64,000 bases of DNA from Trypanosoma brucei (taxonomy: Eukaryota), in NCBI GenBank assembly GCA_000002445.1, contig CP000068.1, positions 1,088,001-1,152,000 of the forward strand. The letters run 5' to 3'. The position numbers and the translations under genes are program-made. Under the pieces are notes generated by a model. That model ran no database searches and was not told where the DNA came from. It worked only from the letters and a program-made list of their open reading frames with translations. Positions 21,309 through 32,371 of this stretch are shown piece by piece (the stretch's first letter is position 1; each line of letters begins with the position of its first letter).

Positions 21309-22103
21309 ATGGCCGCTGTCCCTTCAGCACATGTGGTAGTAAAGCGAGGGAGAGAAGAGGGTACGGAACAGTGTGGGCAATACAGCGCGTACTTTCGCTG
21401 TGGTGAATGGAGCTCGCTTGTTACGCTATACAGGCCAATAACGACGGAGATGATCGAGGAAAAGCTGTTCCGTGGCGTCGATTTCTTTTTTTCGCCGCAC
21501 GTATCCGATGTGGTGGGAAGCAGGCTGGTCCTCACTATCTGTGAGTCAGGAACTCCATGTGATAAACTGTTCAAGGATCGACCTTGGAAACCATGCAGTG
21601 TGCATGGTCCCTTTCGTTGTTCGTGTCACGCTCTAGAACATGTGGCACGTCAGGTAATTCAGTTGCAACGCGAGTTGTTGTGGTTTCAAGGGAAGTTGGA
21701 GGTATTCGACAGAGAGGAAGCACAGCATCCCGATACTCCTTTCTTCCAGGTGGACGTAGCGGGAGGAAGTGTGTCTCTCGTTCTCTGTGGGCTTCCATTC
21801 CCTGAGCGCCGCTTCGGCCCCTTTCCGCTCTTTTCCGTCGACAGCCGTTATTCCATAGGCAAGGCTATCGCAGCCGCGTCAATCACCGCGGAAACAACGG
21901 AGCCCGCTGTTCATAAGTGTGTCCTCTGTTCTATTAGTGCGGAGAGCAGGTGTTGTATTTGTAGGTGTATAGTTTGTGCTGAATGTGGAAGTGTTTGTGA
22001 CTGCTGCATGAGAGGGGCGTGCCGAGCCTGCGTTGTCACGGATATTGGCCCACAACAGTGTGAGTGTGCGCTCTGCATAGCGTGCCATAATTGGGCCGGA
22101 TAA
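21309..22103 (+). CDS. Hypothetical protein with an extremely Cys-dense C-terminal tail.
   Basis: The 264-aa ORF has a true ATG. The last ~60 aa are 'CVLCSISAESRCCICRCIVCAECGSVCDCCMRGACRACVVTDIGPQQCECALCIACHNW', with about 18 Cys. No known domain is recognised. Confidence 0.4.
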   Translation: MAAVPSAHVVVKRGREEGTEQCGQYSAYFRCGEWSSLVTLYRPITTEMIEEKLFRGVDFFFSPHVSDVVGSRLVLTICESGTPCDKLFKDRPWKPCSVHGPFRCSCHALEHVARQVIQLQRELLWFQGKLEVFDREEAQHPDTPFFQVDVAGGSVSLVLCGLPFPERRFGPFPLFSVDSRYSIGKAIAAASITAETTEPAVHKCVLCSISAESRCCICRCIVCAECGSVCDCCMRGACRACVVTDIGPQQCECALCIACHNWAG

Positions 22104-23042
22104 TGAGCTTTAGAAGGCAACCCCACTACGTTCTCGTCGACTAAATAAGTGCTGTAGGGCAAATTCGTTTCCGAAGCGTACTGCACTCCTCGCGGTTGAG
22201 TTTCTTTTCTGCCCAGAATGAATGTGATCACGGATAGATGATCCTTTCCGCTTCATTTTCTAGCGGTGATCCCGCCGCAGTTAAAAAAAAATGCTTTATA
22301 GCGGTTGATTGACGAGCAGCTAACAGTACCTGATCGGCGCAGATGTGAACCTTGTGTATTTGTGCCAGCACAGCGGAATGCAAATGTACTCGCATGATGT
22401 GCTGAGTGTATGCGGAGTGCACTGCATCCGTGTTTGACGTTCGTAAAAGTATTGTCACCACTGAAGTTTTCCTGCGTTCGATCCTCTGGCTACCTCTCTT
22501 TTCCTTTGCAGCATTATTACTTTCGTGCGCTTGCGAACGTTACACCCGTTACTGGACCGTCTTTTCCCTCTCTGGCTTTAGAGAGTGAACGGTCGAAGGT
22601 GATGCCATCCAAGTCAACGTGAAGTTGCGAGTATCGTGTGTGGAACCGACGTGCTTTATTTGTGAGAGGATACATCACTTTTGCGCCGCTAGCTTCACCC
22701 TGTTGTGGGCATCGGTAGCGTAGCCACTCTCGTCGTGTAGCTTCGGGAATATTAGTTGCGTCGTCGTGCTGTTTATATGTCTTGGATGTAAACATGTGCC
22801 ACCAATATTGACAATCGATGTCTTTCTAGCCGTGAGGAGCGTTTCATTGAGGGAGTCGGTTCCCACAGCGTAAAAGACCATTAAGCATTATACAGGACGA
22901 TGGAAGCTGCTCCCTAGCAGTAACAATATCAGTTTACTGTGTTTCCGCACATATATAGCTTGTTTTTGCAGTGTCAAAGGGCATGGAGTTGTTTAAGCTC
23001 TCTTATTACGTTCTACACCTCTTAAACTTTCTTCGTGCTGCA

Positions 23043-23045
<3 letters not shown>

Positions 23046-23083
<38 letters not shown>
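23046..23083. repeat. (AT)19 dinucleotide microsatellite followed by a GT-rich stretch.
   Basis: The repeat is read directly from the sequence. Confidence 0.9.
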
Positions 23084-23086
<3 letters not shown>

Positions 23087-24026
23087 TCTGTGTGTCTGTG
23101 TAACAGTTGAGCTGAAGTGGTGGCTTGACTTTTTTTTTTTTGCTAACACATTGTTACCACTTTGACGCTTTGCCGTGATTTTTTTTTTTTTACCTAGAAG
23201 GGATGCGAGTAGACTCTCTGTCATTCCCTTTACTTAACGGGTTGTTTGCATTGCGCATTGGTGAAAGATCGACGGGGGGAAGCACGCTGCATATTATTGC
23301 GCTCTGTTTGCGGTCGCGTCTTTGGTGCCTACCTGCAAAAACATGTTGTAGTTGGCGCAACTTTTACGTACAAGAGGGGGAGGAGAAAGGGGCTGATATG
23401 TTGTCTACGGCCAACTGGAACTTTTGGCATATTTTCTTTTTACCACTACACAACCGAGAACAAGCGTCGACGCAATGCGTTGCTTCCCTTGACAAATGGG
23501 TGGGTTTTCTAGCTTTTCATTAATATATGTTCGTATCACCGCTTGTGGCGATCGCATTACTCCAATCGGTGGTTGTTTACTTTTCCTTGGTGAGTATATT
23601 TTATACATAAATGGGCACGCCGCGTTGGAAATGCCAGCCCCTGAAGAATATGGTGAGGTGTTGCGATAGATCTTTTAATCACCTGTATCTTTTGAATAGA
23701 TCCATCTTTGTTTTGTGTGTGTGTGCTAGTTTATCTATTACCAAGTAACCGTCTTTCGGTATTTTATTCGGTTCCTGTTCGAGATTACAGAGCGAGATCA
23801 ACCACATGGGGCGGCCGTGGATTTCAACACCTCTTTTTGTATATCTTCCCAAAGGGTTTGTCGCATCTGTTTACGTATTGTACGGTGTGGCTGTCAACGT
23901 TGTAATGTGTTACTACCTGCCTATTTATTGTCTTCCCCGTCATCGCTATTGTAGTTACTCTCATCGGCACTTGTTTCCACGGTTACAAACGTGGAGCAAG
24001 CAAAATTGAACCGATCAGCGGGTGGG

Positions 24027-27000
24027 ATGAATGCCATCCCACTCGTCCTCGTGTATGTGTTTATTGTCAGCAGCAGTTTGCCCGCACCGTTTCTTCCCGG
24101 CATTCGGACATTAACTGGAGTTGACGCCGTACGTAGTGGTTCGGTAGGTGGGAAATACTCTGCGATGCGGCTAGATAAAACCGTGTCAGTTATAGAGCGC
24201 GCGCTGATAGGGTTCCGAAAGGGACATGACATGTGCCCGTACGGGTTCGCAATGGTGGAGCGTGTTGACACCGGTGCGTTGCTCTGTGTGAATTGTTCGC
24301 AAACGCAAGCTGTTGTTGGACTTGTGCCGCACAGTAACCAGTCGCAACGGTGTGTACAATGTGGCGGTGACAACCGTATTGCTGGGTTGAGGGATGCTAC
24401 CTACGTGAAGGATACCGGGACATGCGCCTGCCCCCAAGGGTATCAAGTGGTTGAGTTCATTGGTACTGTGGTGCTTGTCGCGCAGATGTGTGCACCTTGT
24501 GCAGATGGAGATTGTAACACATGTACTTCCCCGTTAGTCAAAGATAGGAAAGGTCGCTGTGTCTGTGCTGGCGTTTATGTCCAACTCGATGACGGTTCTT
24601 GTGTTCTGCCATCGGTGCAGGTCGAGGCACGTAAGCCGGTGGAGGCTACCACGGCAACACTGTTGCCAGTGGATACAGAGGGTGGAGGAATATGGGGGCC
24701 GCCTCTGACTTGTGAAAATATTGAAGAATATTCCGCTGATGCGGCCGTGAGGTGTGAGGGTTTGGACAAAAGCGCATGCAACATGTTGGCTAACTTGTGT
24801 GTGTTTATGAATTTCGACGAGGCATCAACACCGTGCCGTTTATACGATACTCTTTTTTCGCAAAGCCCCACTAAACCCTATATGCCACCGCTTTACTACG
24901 GTAGAGATGACACTGTCGGGTCGGTCGTCTTGAACTCCTCTTCGCTTACCGGAGCACCGGCTACTCTGACATTTGTGGTTGCACGTTACGATTTGAATGG
25001 TATCTTGGTTGGAAAGAGCCTATTGTCGCGTGATTTTAAGTTATGCAACACTCCAGGCTCGATTTTCACGAACTTCTTTGTAGTTGCGTCCAACAGGGAA
25101 CTTCGATGCTCTGTTAAGTGGGAAGAATTGGAATCCGACTACTCGACTACACAGTTCTTTGAACTGTTTCTTGTTAATCCGTTTAATGTTTCTGATGATA
25201 TTCCCATTCCCCTCGTTGTGGACGACACAGACGGCGGTATATCTCCCAGTAACGCTCGAGAAGTTCACGTCTTAAGCATGATCACAGGGGGTTACAAACG
25301 CCGGTTTTACATGTATGGCAGGGGTTGTACTCGAAAAGGCAATTCGACCGAGCAGGTGCTAACCGATTATCACGTTACAACCGTGCGGCGGGTGGTTTTT
25401 GTATTCAACGTGGAGGGCCCCTCGATTCAGCGGCGGCTGAAGGCTCCTGCTGCCATTTTGCAACTAGCTTCAACAAAGTTGTATGATGATGCACCCTCCT
25501 TTTCGGCACCTTCAAATGATACCTACTTGACCAGGAGTGTTGCAGTGCTATTCACATTGGTAGACGATCCCATGGACGTAGTCGCTATGAGAGCGATGGT
25601 AACGGCTTGTGTCTTGTGTTTTTGCACAGCGTGGATGAGAACATTTGGCTGGATGCGCAGAAGACAAAACATGATACTGAATGGCGGTGCAGCCATTCGC
25701 TTCTTGGTGTATTTTTGTGACCACTCCGGGAACATGTTTGCGCTCATCACGTTGCTAGCATCATGGTACTTGTTTTTTGTGTATAAGTTTCAGGACGTTT
25801 CCGCAGTTGTTGTGATTAAGGATAAGTATGTGTGTTTTGAGGCTATGATGTACGTGTCCGCGGCGGCTAAGGGGATTGCTGTTCTTTTTGCCGTTATAGA
25901 ACAATGCAACGCCGATTACTTCGTGATAGACTGGGAAAGAAGCAAAGGCCAGCTACTGCGTGAGAACCGCGTGTTGCCCGTAAGCATGTGGCGATCTACC
26001 TTTGTCGCCAATGAATTGAATGGCCTGCAGGTGCTGCGCCAGTGGCATCCTCTTTTTACCATGGTAATGATGCTGTTCTTCCTTTCAGGCTTGAACTATG
26101 TAAGATATGCGGAAAGTGTGCCTATCGACTCTGCACCCGGTGGTGTGGGTGTGTACCAAGTTACCACGCTGCGCTTCGCGCTTGTCACATTAGTGTGTAT
26201 TATCGTATTTGTTGTGGTGCATGTTCTTGAGTTTCAGTTCTATTACCGCTTTGTTTGTGTTCACCCACTGCAGAGTTTTGTGGACCTTTGCTCTGTGTCC
26301 AATATTTCCGTATTGATATTGCCTGAAGAACAGTGGGGTTACTATATCCACGGTGAGTCTATCCACGCTCACTCGGATGTGAGCATGGAGGAATTCCAGC
26401 AAAACTTGTGCTTGGAAGCTCAAGGTGATTTGCCGGTGCGTGGTCTCGGAGGACAAAGCGAGTGCCAAACATTTGAGGTATTTATGGGTGTGCACACGCG
26501 GCAATACCTTTACGTTTGCTCGGCCAGTATTGAGGAGGAGCAACAACGGGCACTCGGTAAACCACCGAGCCCGGTGTACACTGGTAAGAAGTGGCATTTT
26601 TTGAAGTGCCTTTTCGGTGTGTCACGTAAGCCCCGCGCTTATGATTCAGGCACGCTTGCACTAAAGAAACTCATCAATGATACGCTCCGGAAGAGCATTA
26701 GACGTGCGGAGGGAACGCTGCTGTCGAAGTCTGTAATGCATGGTTCACTCGACATAGCACCAAATGTACTTTATATGAATGGTCCACAGTCGGGAGATAA
26801 GGCAGGCAAGGATGTGTTTTTTGTGGATGATGTAACGGCATACGGCAAAGCGTTTCTTTACGGTATGGACATTGATTTGTTCATATTTTACATGATGCTG
26901 TACGCATCGGTAGATGTGGCCACACACAACTTATTTTATGCATTTGCCATCACTTTTGCCGTCGAGTTTCTCCTTCGATGGTACAGAATGACTGAAGGCG

Positions 27001-27050
27001 TCGTAAATATTAGCTCTAAAACTCTTATAGACGATCGGTTCTTTATTTAA
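24027..27050 (+). CDS. Meckelin (TMEM67/MKS3)-like protein: signal peptide, Cys-rich extracellular domain and a multi-pass (~7 TM) membrane region.
   Basis: The track starts at 23991 on GTG; the first ATG is at 24027, giving 'MNAIPLVLVYVFIVSSSLPAPF', a classical signal peptide. Residues ~90-260 are Cys-rich (e.g. 'CVNCSQTQ...RCVQCGG...GTCACPQGY...CAPCADGDCNTC'). The C-terminal half holds the hydrophobic TM helices 'AMVTACVLCFCTAWM', 'FALITLLASWYLFFVY', 'AMMYVSAAAKGIAVLFAVI', 'FTMVMMLFFLSGL', 'FALVTLVCIIVFVVVHVL' and 'LFIFYMMLYASVDVATHNLFYAFAITFAVEFLL'. The length and topology fit meckelin. I could not verify family-specific motifs. Confidence 0.5.
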   Translation: MNAIPLVLVYVFIVSSSLPAPFLPGIRTLTGVDAVRSGSVGGKYSAMRLDKTVSVIERALIGFRKGHDMCPYGFAMVERVDTGALLCVNCSQTQAVVGLVPHSNQSQRCVQCGGDNRIAGLRDATYVKDTGTCACPQGYQVVEFIGTVVLVAQMCAPCADGDCNTCTSPLVKDRKGRCVCAGVYVQLDDGSCVLPSVQVEARKPVEATTATLLPVDTEGGGIWGPPLTCENIEEYSADAAVRCEGLDKSACNMLANLCVFMNFDEASTPCRLYDTLFSQSPTKPYMPPLYYGRDDTVGSVVLNSSSLTGAPATLTFVVARYDLNGILVGKSLLSRDFKLCNTPGSIFTNFFVVASNRELRCSVKWEELESDYSTTQFFELFLVNPFNVSDDIPIPLVVDDTDGGISPSNAREVHVLSMITGGYKRRFYMYGRGCTRKGNSTEQVLTDYHVTTVRRVVFVFNVEGPSIQRRLKAPAAILQLASTKLYDDAPSFSAPSNDTYLTRSVAVLFTLVDDPMDVVAMRAMVTACVLCFCTAWMRTFGWMRRRQNMILNGGAAIRFLVYFCDHSGNMFALITLLASWYLFFVYKFQDVSAVVVIKDKYVCFEAMMYVSAAAKGIAVLFAVIEQCNADYFVIDWERSKGQLLRENRVLPVSMWRSTFVANELNGLQVLRQWHPLFTMVMMLFFLSGLNYVRYAESVPIDSAPGGVGVYQVTTLRFALVTLVCIIVFVVVHVLEFQFYYRFVCVHPLQSFVDLCSVSNISVLILPEEQWGYYIHGESIHAHSDVSMEEFQQNLCLEAQGDLPVRGLGGQSECQTFEVFMGVHTRQYLYVCSASIEEEQQRALGKPPSPVYTGKKWHFLKCLFGVSRKPRAYDSGTLALKKLINDTLRKSIRRAEGTLLSKSVMHGSLDIAPNVLYMNGPQSGDKAGKDVFFVDDVTAYGKAFLYGMDIDLFIFYMMLYASVDVATHNLFYAFAITFAVEFLLRWYRMTEGVVNISSKTLIDDRFFI

Positions 27051-27571
27051 TGCTTAACCGTTTTCTTGCGTTGCCATCTCCATTGTTATTTTTTATTAGT
27101 TATTTTTTTTTTAATTTTCCTACCTCGGAGCAGCAGGATGAACAGGCCCCGTGTCTTCTCACGTCGCCACACATAAGTAAGGAAACTTATTTGTCTCTTG
27201 TTTTCAGGGATGTCCAGGTGGCAGAGTTGGAGTGTATGTCTGTTTACGCGTGGTTCTTTTTTAGTTGGAGTGCAAAATGGCTAAGGAGAGGGACAGTGAG
27301 TAATGAGATGTACAGCATTTTCAGCCGTTTCTTTACGCGGCGAGCAGTGACAGATGTTGTTCGTGCATGGTCACTCACTTTTTTCTTCTCTCTTTCGTAT
27401 TTCTGTGGTTCTGTTTTTAAGCCCACGCTGATTCCCTTCGCCGTTGAACGTGGTTAGGAAAGTGAAGGGAAGGAAGGAAAGGTGTAGTGTGGGAGGATAA
27501 TATTCACATAAGCCTCTTAAAACCGCGAAAAAAAAAAGAAACAACTTCCGAATACGACGGATATCTTATTA

Positions 27572-28845
27572 TGTCCAGGAGGTGGTCTTGCTTTATTGTA
27601 TCCATTGGTGGCCCGTTAGCGCCGTTTCGCAGCTGTTCTCACAGTTCTCAGTTCCACACGCAGAAGAAAGAGCGACTCGGCGTAGTCGACATTTCCTCGC
27701 GCAACATAAACGAAGAAATGGCGTCGAAGGTTCCACTTTTCCTTTATTTTCATGTCACAAACAATGCGGACGTCGCCTCCTACACGGAGCGGTTAGCGGG
27801 GCAGGTGGACGCCACAAACCGAAGATTGCAGAACAACAATATGGCAGAAGTGTACCAAGAGTTTGGAAAGGACCGTGGGTTGGCAATCAAGCTTGGACTC
27901 GTGGACTGCGTTAGGAATGGGTCGCTAACTCAGCAGTTCAACGTGGATCCGCACATGTTTCCCATAGTGTATTTCGTGCGGAATAAGATTTACGCGGATA
28001 AAATGGTGGGTATTGTGCCAGAATCACAAGTGAAAGAAGCAATTGATGCTTTCATCGAGTATTCGGCTCAGGAGAGCAAGAATGAAATGGAGGGAACTTC
28101 AGTCTTTCAGAAAGTTAAACGTAGTGATGAATACGACGAAAATGCCATGACGCTACTGAACGCAGCCCATACAAGGTTGAAAAATAAAGATATACCTAAA
28201 GCAAGGGAACTCTTTCAGAAGGCATACGACGTAGCAGTTACCGAGACAGATGCCGTTTGTAAACGTCTTGGTATCTCAAAGGAAAAGAAAGTGACCCCAG
28301 AGATGTGGGAGGCCCTGAAGCGTGAGGGATCTTATAATGCTAGCCCACAGGCACTTTGTGGGTTGGCCATGTGTGCTATGGCAAGTAAAGATTCAAAGGA
28401 GGCCCAACGCATTGTACTGAGAATACGGGAAGAATTCCCATTTGCTACACGTGACCTTCGTGACGTTGCGGAAGCTGTTGTCCGCATCGAGTTGCTTGTC
28501 ATCAGTGACTTTGACGTTGAGAAGGATACGTATGCCACACTCTTGACGTATGATGATCTTACTAAGGACCCCGCAGCGCTGTATCGTCAGCGTCTCAAGT
28601 TAGCCGTCGCGCACTTTGTGGAAAAACGCCACCATAAGGGCATTGAGGAGTGCCTTCGTCTCATTCGTGCCGAACCAAAGTTGCTTTCTGCGTTGAAAGA
28701 AGCTGAAATTGTACCGAAAGACACTATCCTCGGCCCAACTACAAAAACCCCGGCGCGGCAGGTTATTGTGGGGATATTTGAAGCTCTTGGAAATAGCAAC
28801 GAGCACACTATTAAGGGTCGCGAGTTGCTGCAAGCATACCTTTAG
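27572..28845 (+). CDS. Thioredoxin-fold domain protein with C-terminal TPR-like helical repeats, possibly carrying an N-terminal targeting presequence.
   Basis: The track starts at 27487 on GTG. The in-frame ATGs are at 27572 (MSRRWSCFIVSIGGPLAPFRSC..., Arg/Ser-rich) and 27718 (MASKVPLFLYFHV...). The N-terminal half has a thioredoxin-like layout: 'PLFLYFHV...VDCVRNGSLTQQFNVDPHMFPIVYFVRNKIYADKMVGIVPESQVKEAIDAF'. The C-terminal half is helical and repeat-like. There is no CxxC active site, so it is probably a non-catalytic Trx-like protein. Confidence 0.4.
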
Positions 28846-29161
28846 CTTCACCCTGTGCCGGATTTGACGAACTTTGTGCGCACGTTTTTTCCCCCGCCAA
28901 CCCTTGCTCTCTTTCTCCCTCGGACGTGTTCTGTTTCATTCGTCTTTATAGAACGATGTGAATTGAGTGTATCATTCATGTTCGCTTGTTTCCCCTTTCT
29001 TCCTACTGTTTCTCGCTTTTCTTTACCTTTCCCCACCTCATACGCACCGAAACACCCATTGTATAGGAGGTGTGTCGTCAACTATAGGAATTATAGGGTA
29101 TCCAACAACTAGGAGAGAGAAACATAACCGTGTTTGTGTTGCAAATCGCAGACCAGATCAG

Positions 29162-29812
29162 ATGCCCATTAAATATAGTTGTGTCAATGAAGGGACAACC
29201 ATCCTAGCCGAGCACCCACAGGGTGAACTCCCTAAACTTGCGGAGTTGACGCAAAAGGTTATAGCCACAGTGCCCGGAAACGAGTATCGAAGGAAGACGG
29301 TTGAAGATAAGGATGGTGGAGTCAACTATCACTATATCAGCAACGGTGAGGGCCGCACTGTGGCGTGCGTAACAACGAATGATATGAGGATGCGAACGGT
29401 TTTTGCATTTCTTGAGGCTGTCGAGTCCGTTGTTCGGTCGAGTGCCGGTCAGTCGGGGGGCGAATTGCGCAACGGCAAGAAACTTCTTCAGCAGAAAATG
29501 GAGTTTTACAACAACCCGCAAAACGACCGTATTACGGCCTTAAACGACGACATCAATCAGGTTGTGGATGTAATGATGGACAATATGGACAAGGTACTGG
29601 CCCGTGGGGATCGTATTGACACATTACATGAAAGGTCTGCAACTCTCTCGGAGCAAGCGCAGCAGTTTCAGCGGCGTTCCACGCAGCTCAAGCGTAATAT
29701 GTGTCTGAAAAACCTTAAACTCACAATTATGATTGTCCTTACGGTAGTTGTGATCATATTCATTATCATTATCTTTATCTGCAAACCGAACTTTTCCAAC
29801 TGCAAGTCATAA
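29162..29812 (+). CDS. Longin-type R-SNARE (VAMP7/Sec22-like) with a C-terminal transmembrane anchor.
   Basis: The track starts at 28967 on GTG; the first ATG is at 29162, giving 'MPIKYSCVNEGTTILAEHPQG', a typical longin-domain start. The SNARE motif is 'ITALNDDINQVVDVMMDNMDKVLARGDRIDTLHERSATLSEQAQQFQRRSTQLKR', with the zero-layer Arg in 'LARGDRI'. It is followed by the TM helix 'LKLTIMIVLTVVVIIFIIIIFI'. Confidence 0.7.
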   Translation: MPIKYSCVNEGTTILAEHPQGELPKLAELTQKVIATVPGNEYRRKTVEDKDGGVNYHYISNGEGRTVACVTTNDMRMRTVFAFLEAVESVVRSSAGQSGGELRNGKKLLQQKMEFYNNPQNDRITALNDDINQVVDVMMDNMDKVLARGDRIDTLHERSATLSEQAQQFQRRSTQLKRNMCLKNLKLTIMIVLTVVVIIFIIIIFICKPNFSNCKS

Positions 29813-31549
29813 GTCGTAGTAGGAAAGGAAATGCAGTTGAGCAACATGGGGAGAGAAAGGGTAAAAAATTCCAGATTGAAAATAGAAAATTTCAGCGCGT
29901 GTTTTTTTTTTGTGTAGTGATTGACTTTTTTTTTTTTTTCTTTCCTTTCCTTTCTTGTTTGGTTTGCATGTTTCTTCCCTTCAGTTTCCCTTCCTCCTTT
30001 CGGTTTGGGGGGAGAGAGAAGGAGCAGGGAAGAGTGATAAAGTCAAAGGAAGAGGCGGTGCTGGTACATGTGTTCCTGGGGCGAACACCAGCATGATTTT
30101 TTTTTTTGAGTAAATAAAATGTTTTTGTTGAATTTGGAGGGTCTCCTACCTCCACTGCAGTTGTCGTTGTTTGTATATCTCCTGCCTCCATGCTGTCGCC
30201 TCCACCATTTCATTTTGGTTTGCCTTGCCTTGACTGATACCACCAGATGAAGAGCGGAGGGGCAAACTCAAGGACTGGGACAGTGGCTACCGCAACCGAG
30301 CGTTTTTTTTTTTGCTACTTTCGCCTTCTACTCTCTCTCTCCTCCATTTTTTCTTTCTTTTCATTTAGGACCATTTCTACGCGATGGTTCACGGGCCCTA
30401 CGAAATTTATGCTACCCCTGTGTGACGAACCAACGACTGCGTACTGTGGCCCTCGTTGTTGTTGTCCTTGTCTCGTCATAATAATCATCATTTTCCGTTT
30501 ACTTCCTCGCATTCGTCACCGGCATCAGTATCATTAGGGGGTTTCGATTTCCCTTTTGCTTTGATGTTTTTCTTATCTTAACTGCTATTAAACGTTAAAA
30601 AAAAAATGAAAGATAATCTAATGATATTGTGACACAAGATAAGCCACAAGCAGACGAGAAAAGAGTGGAATGTTTGTCATCATTGGGAAAGCTTCATCCG
30701 TTCATTTCTTTTGGTTGCTTGAGGAAAAGAATGAAGCTGATGAAACCACCTAGATGCAGAAGGTATATATATATCTTAGGTAAGAATGAGAGGAAGACGG
30801 AATGCTCTTTCTGAGGGAAGAAAAAAAAATGAGGAAAATGTTTCTAAAAAGTTTCTTTTTACCAATTGTTGCTTTGTAGATCACCTCCTCCCCTTCGCAT
30901 GATCATACATCAAATATATGTGTATGCGTGCATGTGCGCGTGCGCCCGCAATGGAAATGCTGGCATCTTGTGTGAAATATATATTTGGCAAGCTTCCACT
31001 CTTCATGGTGGTGGGAAGGTATGTTTGAAAAATGAAGTGTAACCATTTGGTGTCCTTGCTTGCACTTGTATTTGTCGCTTTTCGTGGAGAAAAGTAAAAC
31101 GAAACAAACTGGAAAAGAACGAGGGAAGAGAGAGAAACCAAGCGATTGTGCGGTCTCGTACCGGCACCTGTACCCGTCTGCATATGTATGTTTGTGTTTG
31201 TAACCTTGCTAGCTACTGTCCGAACAACGATTATTCCTACTTGTACCTCTTTACTTTTACTTGTCGGGTCCAGTAGAGGATTATTATTATTAATTTTTTT
31301 TTTTTTTGGTGGGACGAGAGTCACGGCATACACAACAGTCACAAAGGTTCAGCAACGAGAAAGATTGAGCAGAAAGAAAGGCGACAATCCGCTGAGAACA
31401 AACTGAATTCTTTCCACCGATTTATTTGTAACTATCAGTGTTGGTGAGACGAGTTCGCATACGAAGAGGAGGAAGTGGGGAACAATTTAGCTGTATTGTG
31501 GAGGGAGAGAGGAAATATTTAGTGAAAATTTTCTTCAACCAAACGAAAG

Positions 31550-32371
31550 ATGAATTCGTGTGATAACGTCGGCTGGCGCTTCATTGAGGAGGCTGTTATT
31601 CGCGATAAAGGCTATGACGAGGAGGCTATCCTCACAGCCGTTTTGCAGTCGCACTTCATTCGTCACGGTTTTGTCAATTCACTCAAGGCGTTTACCAAAG
31701 AGTTGCGTGACCTGGAACAGAGGGGAAAGCAACACCATAGCGTATTGGGAGCCAGCGGTGTCTGCGGTAAAGCAGATGCGAATGGCGGCGAGAAAGACGG
31801 GCAGTTGCAACAAGGAGTTTTGGAGTGTGAAGGAAATAATAGTGGGGAATGGGACACGCGAAATGGTAATGACGGTTGTGCCACTGGTGCTGAATGTGTT
31901 GGGTCGGTATTGGAGGGGATGCAGGTACGCAAGTGTGTTCAGGTTCTCTGCCACAACGAGGAATATGAAAAGGCAGCCGCGCTTTTACCAAGCAGTAATG
32001 AAATGAAAGTGAGACTGCTTGCTTTGGAGGCCGTAAAACGCGCCAAGAGAAATCAGTCTGCCGCTATATCTTTCCTATGCAAGCAAGTTGGTCCCTTAAT
32101 TTACAAACTCCCTGATGCTGTAACGGCCCACCACATCTTTGTCGAATCTTTAGGTGCTGTAACTGGCGTTAATGGTTCTTGTTGGGAAGTTCCTTCACCC
32201 TGCGCAATAGCGCGGGAGGTGAATGAGTCGCTGTTGGACAGCAGCGAACCGAGTGCACTTGACGTATTGCTGTCGTGGTCTGAGTTACAGCAAGCGGCGA
32301 GGAGTGTGGAAAAAGAATTACATCATAAGTCAACTTTTCCCTTTCCGGTTATGGTGTCTGACAGAAGTTGA
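31550..32371 (+). CDS. Hypothetical protein with an N-terminal LisH-like motif and possibly a CTLH motif.
   Basis: The ORF has a true ATG. 'EEAILTAVLQSHFIRHGFVNSLKAFTKE' fits the LisH consensus (L-x2-L-I-x2-Y/H-L-x3-G-F/Y-x3-A-F-x2-E). The rest is not recognisable. Confidence 0.4.
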   Translation: MNSCDNVGWRFIEEAVIRDKGYDEEAILTAVLQSHFIRHGFVNSLKAFTKELRDLEQRGKQHHSVLGASGVCGKADANGGEKDGQLQQGVLECEGNNSGEWDTRNGNDGCATGAECVGSVLEGMQVRKCVQVLCHNEEYEKAAALLPSSNEMKVRLLALEAVKRAKRNQSAAISFLCKQVGPLIYKLPDAVTAHHIFVESLGAVTGVNGSCWEVPSPCAIAREVNESLLDSSEPSALDVLLSWSELQQAARSVEKELHHKSTFPFPVMVSDRS

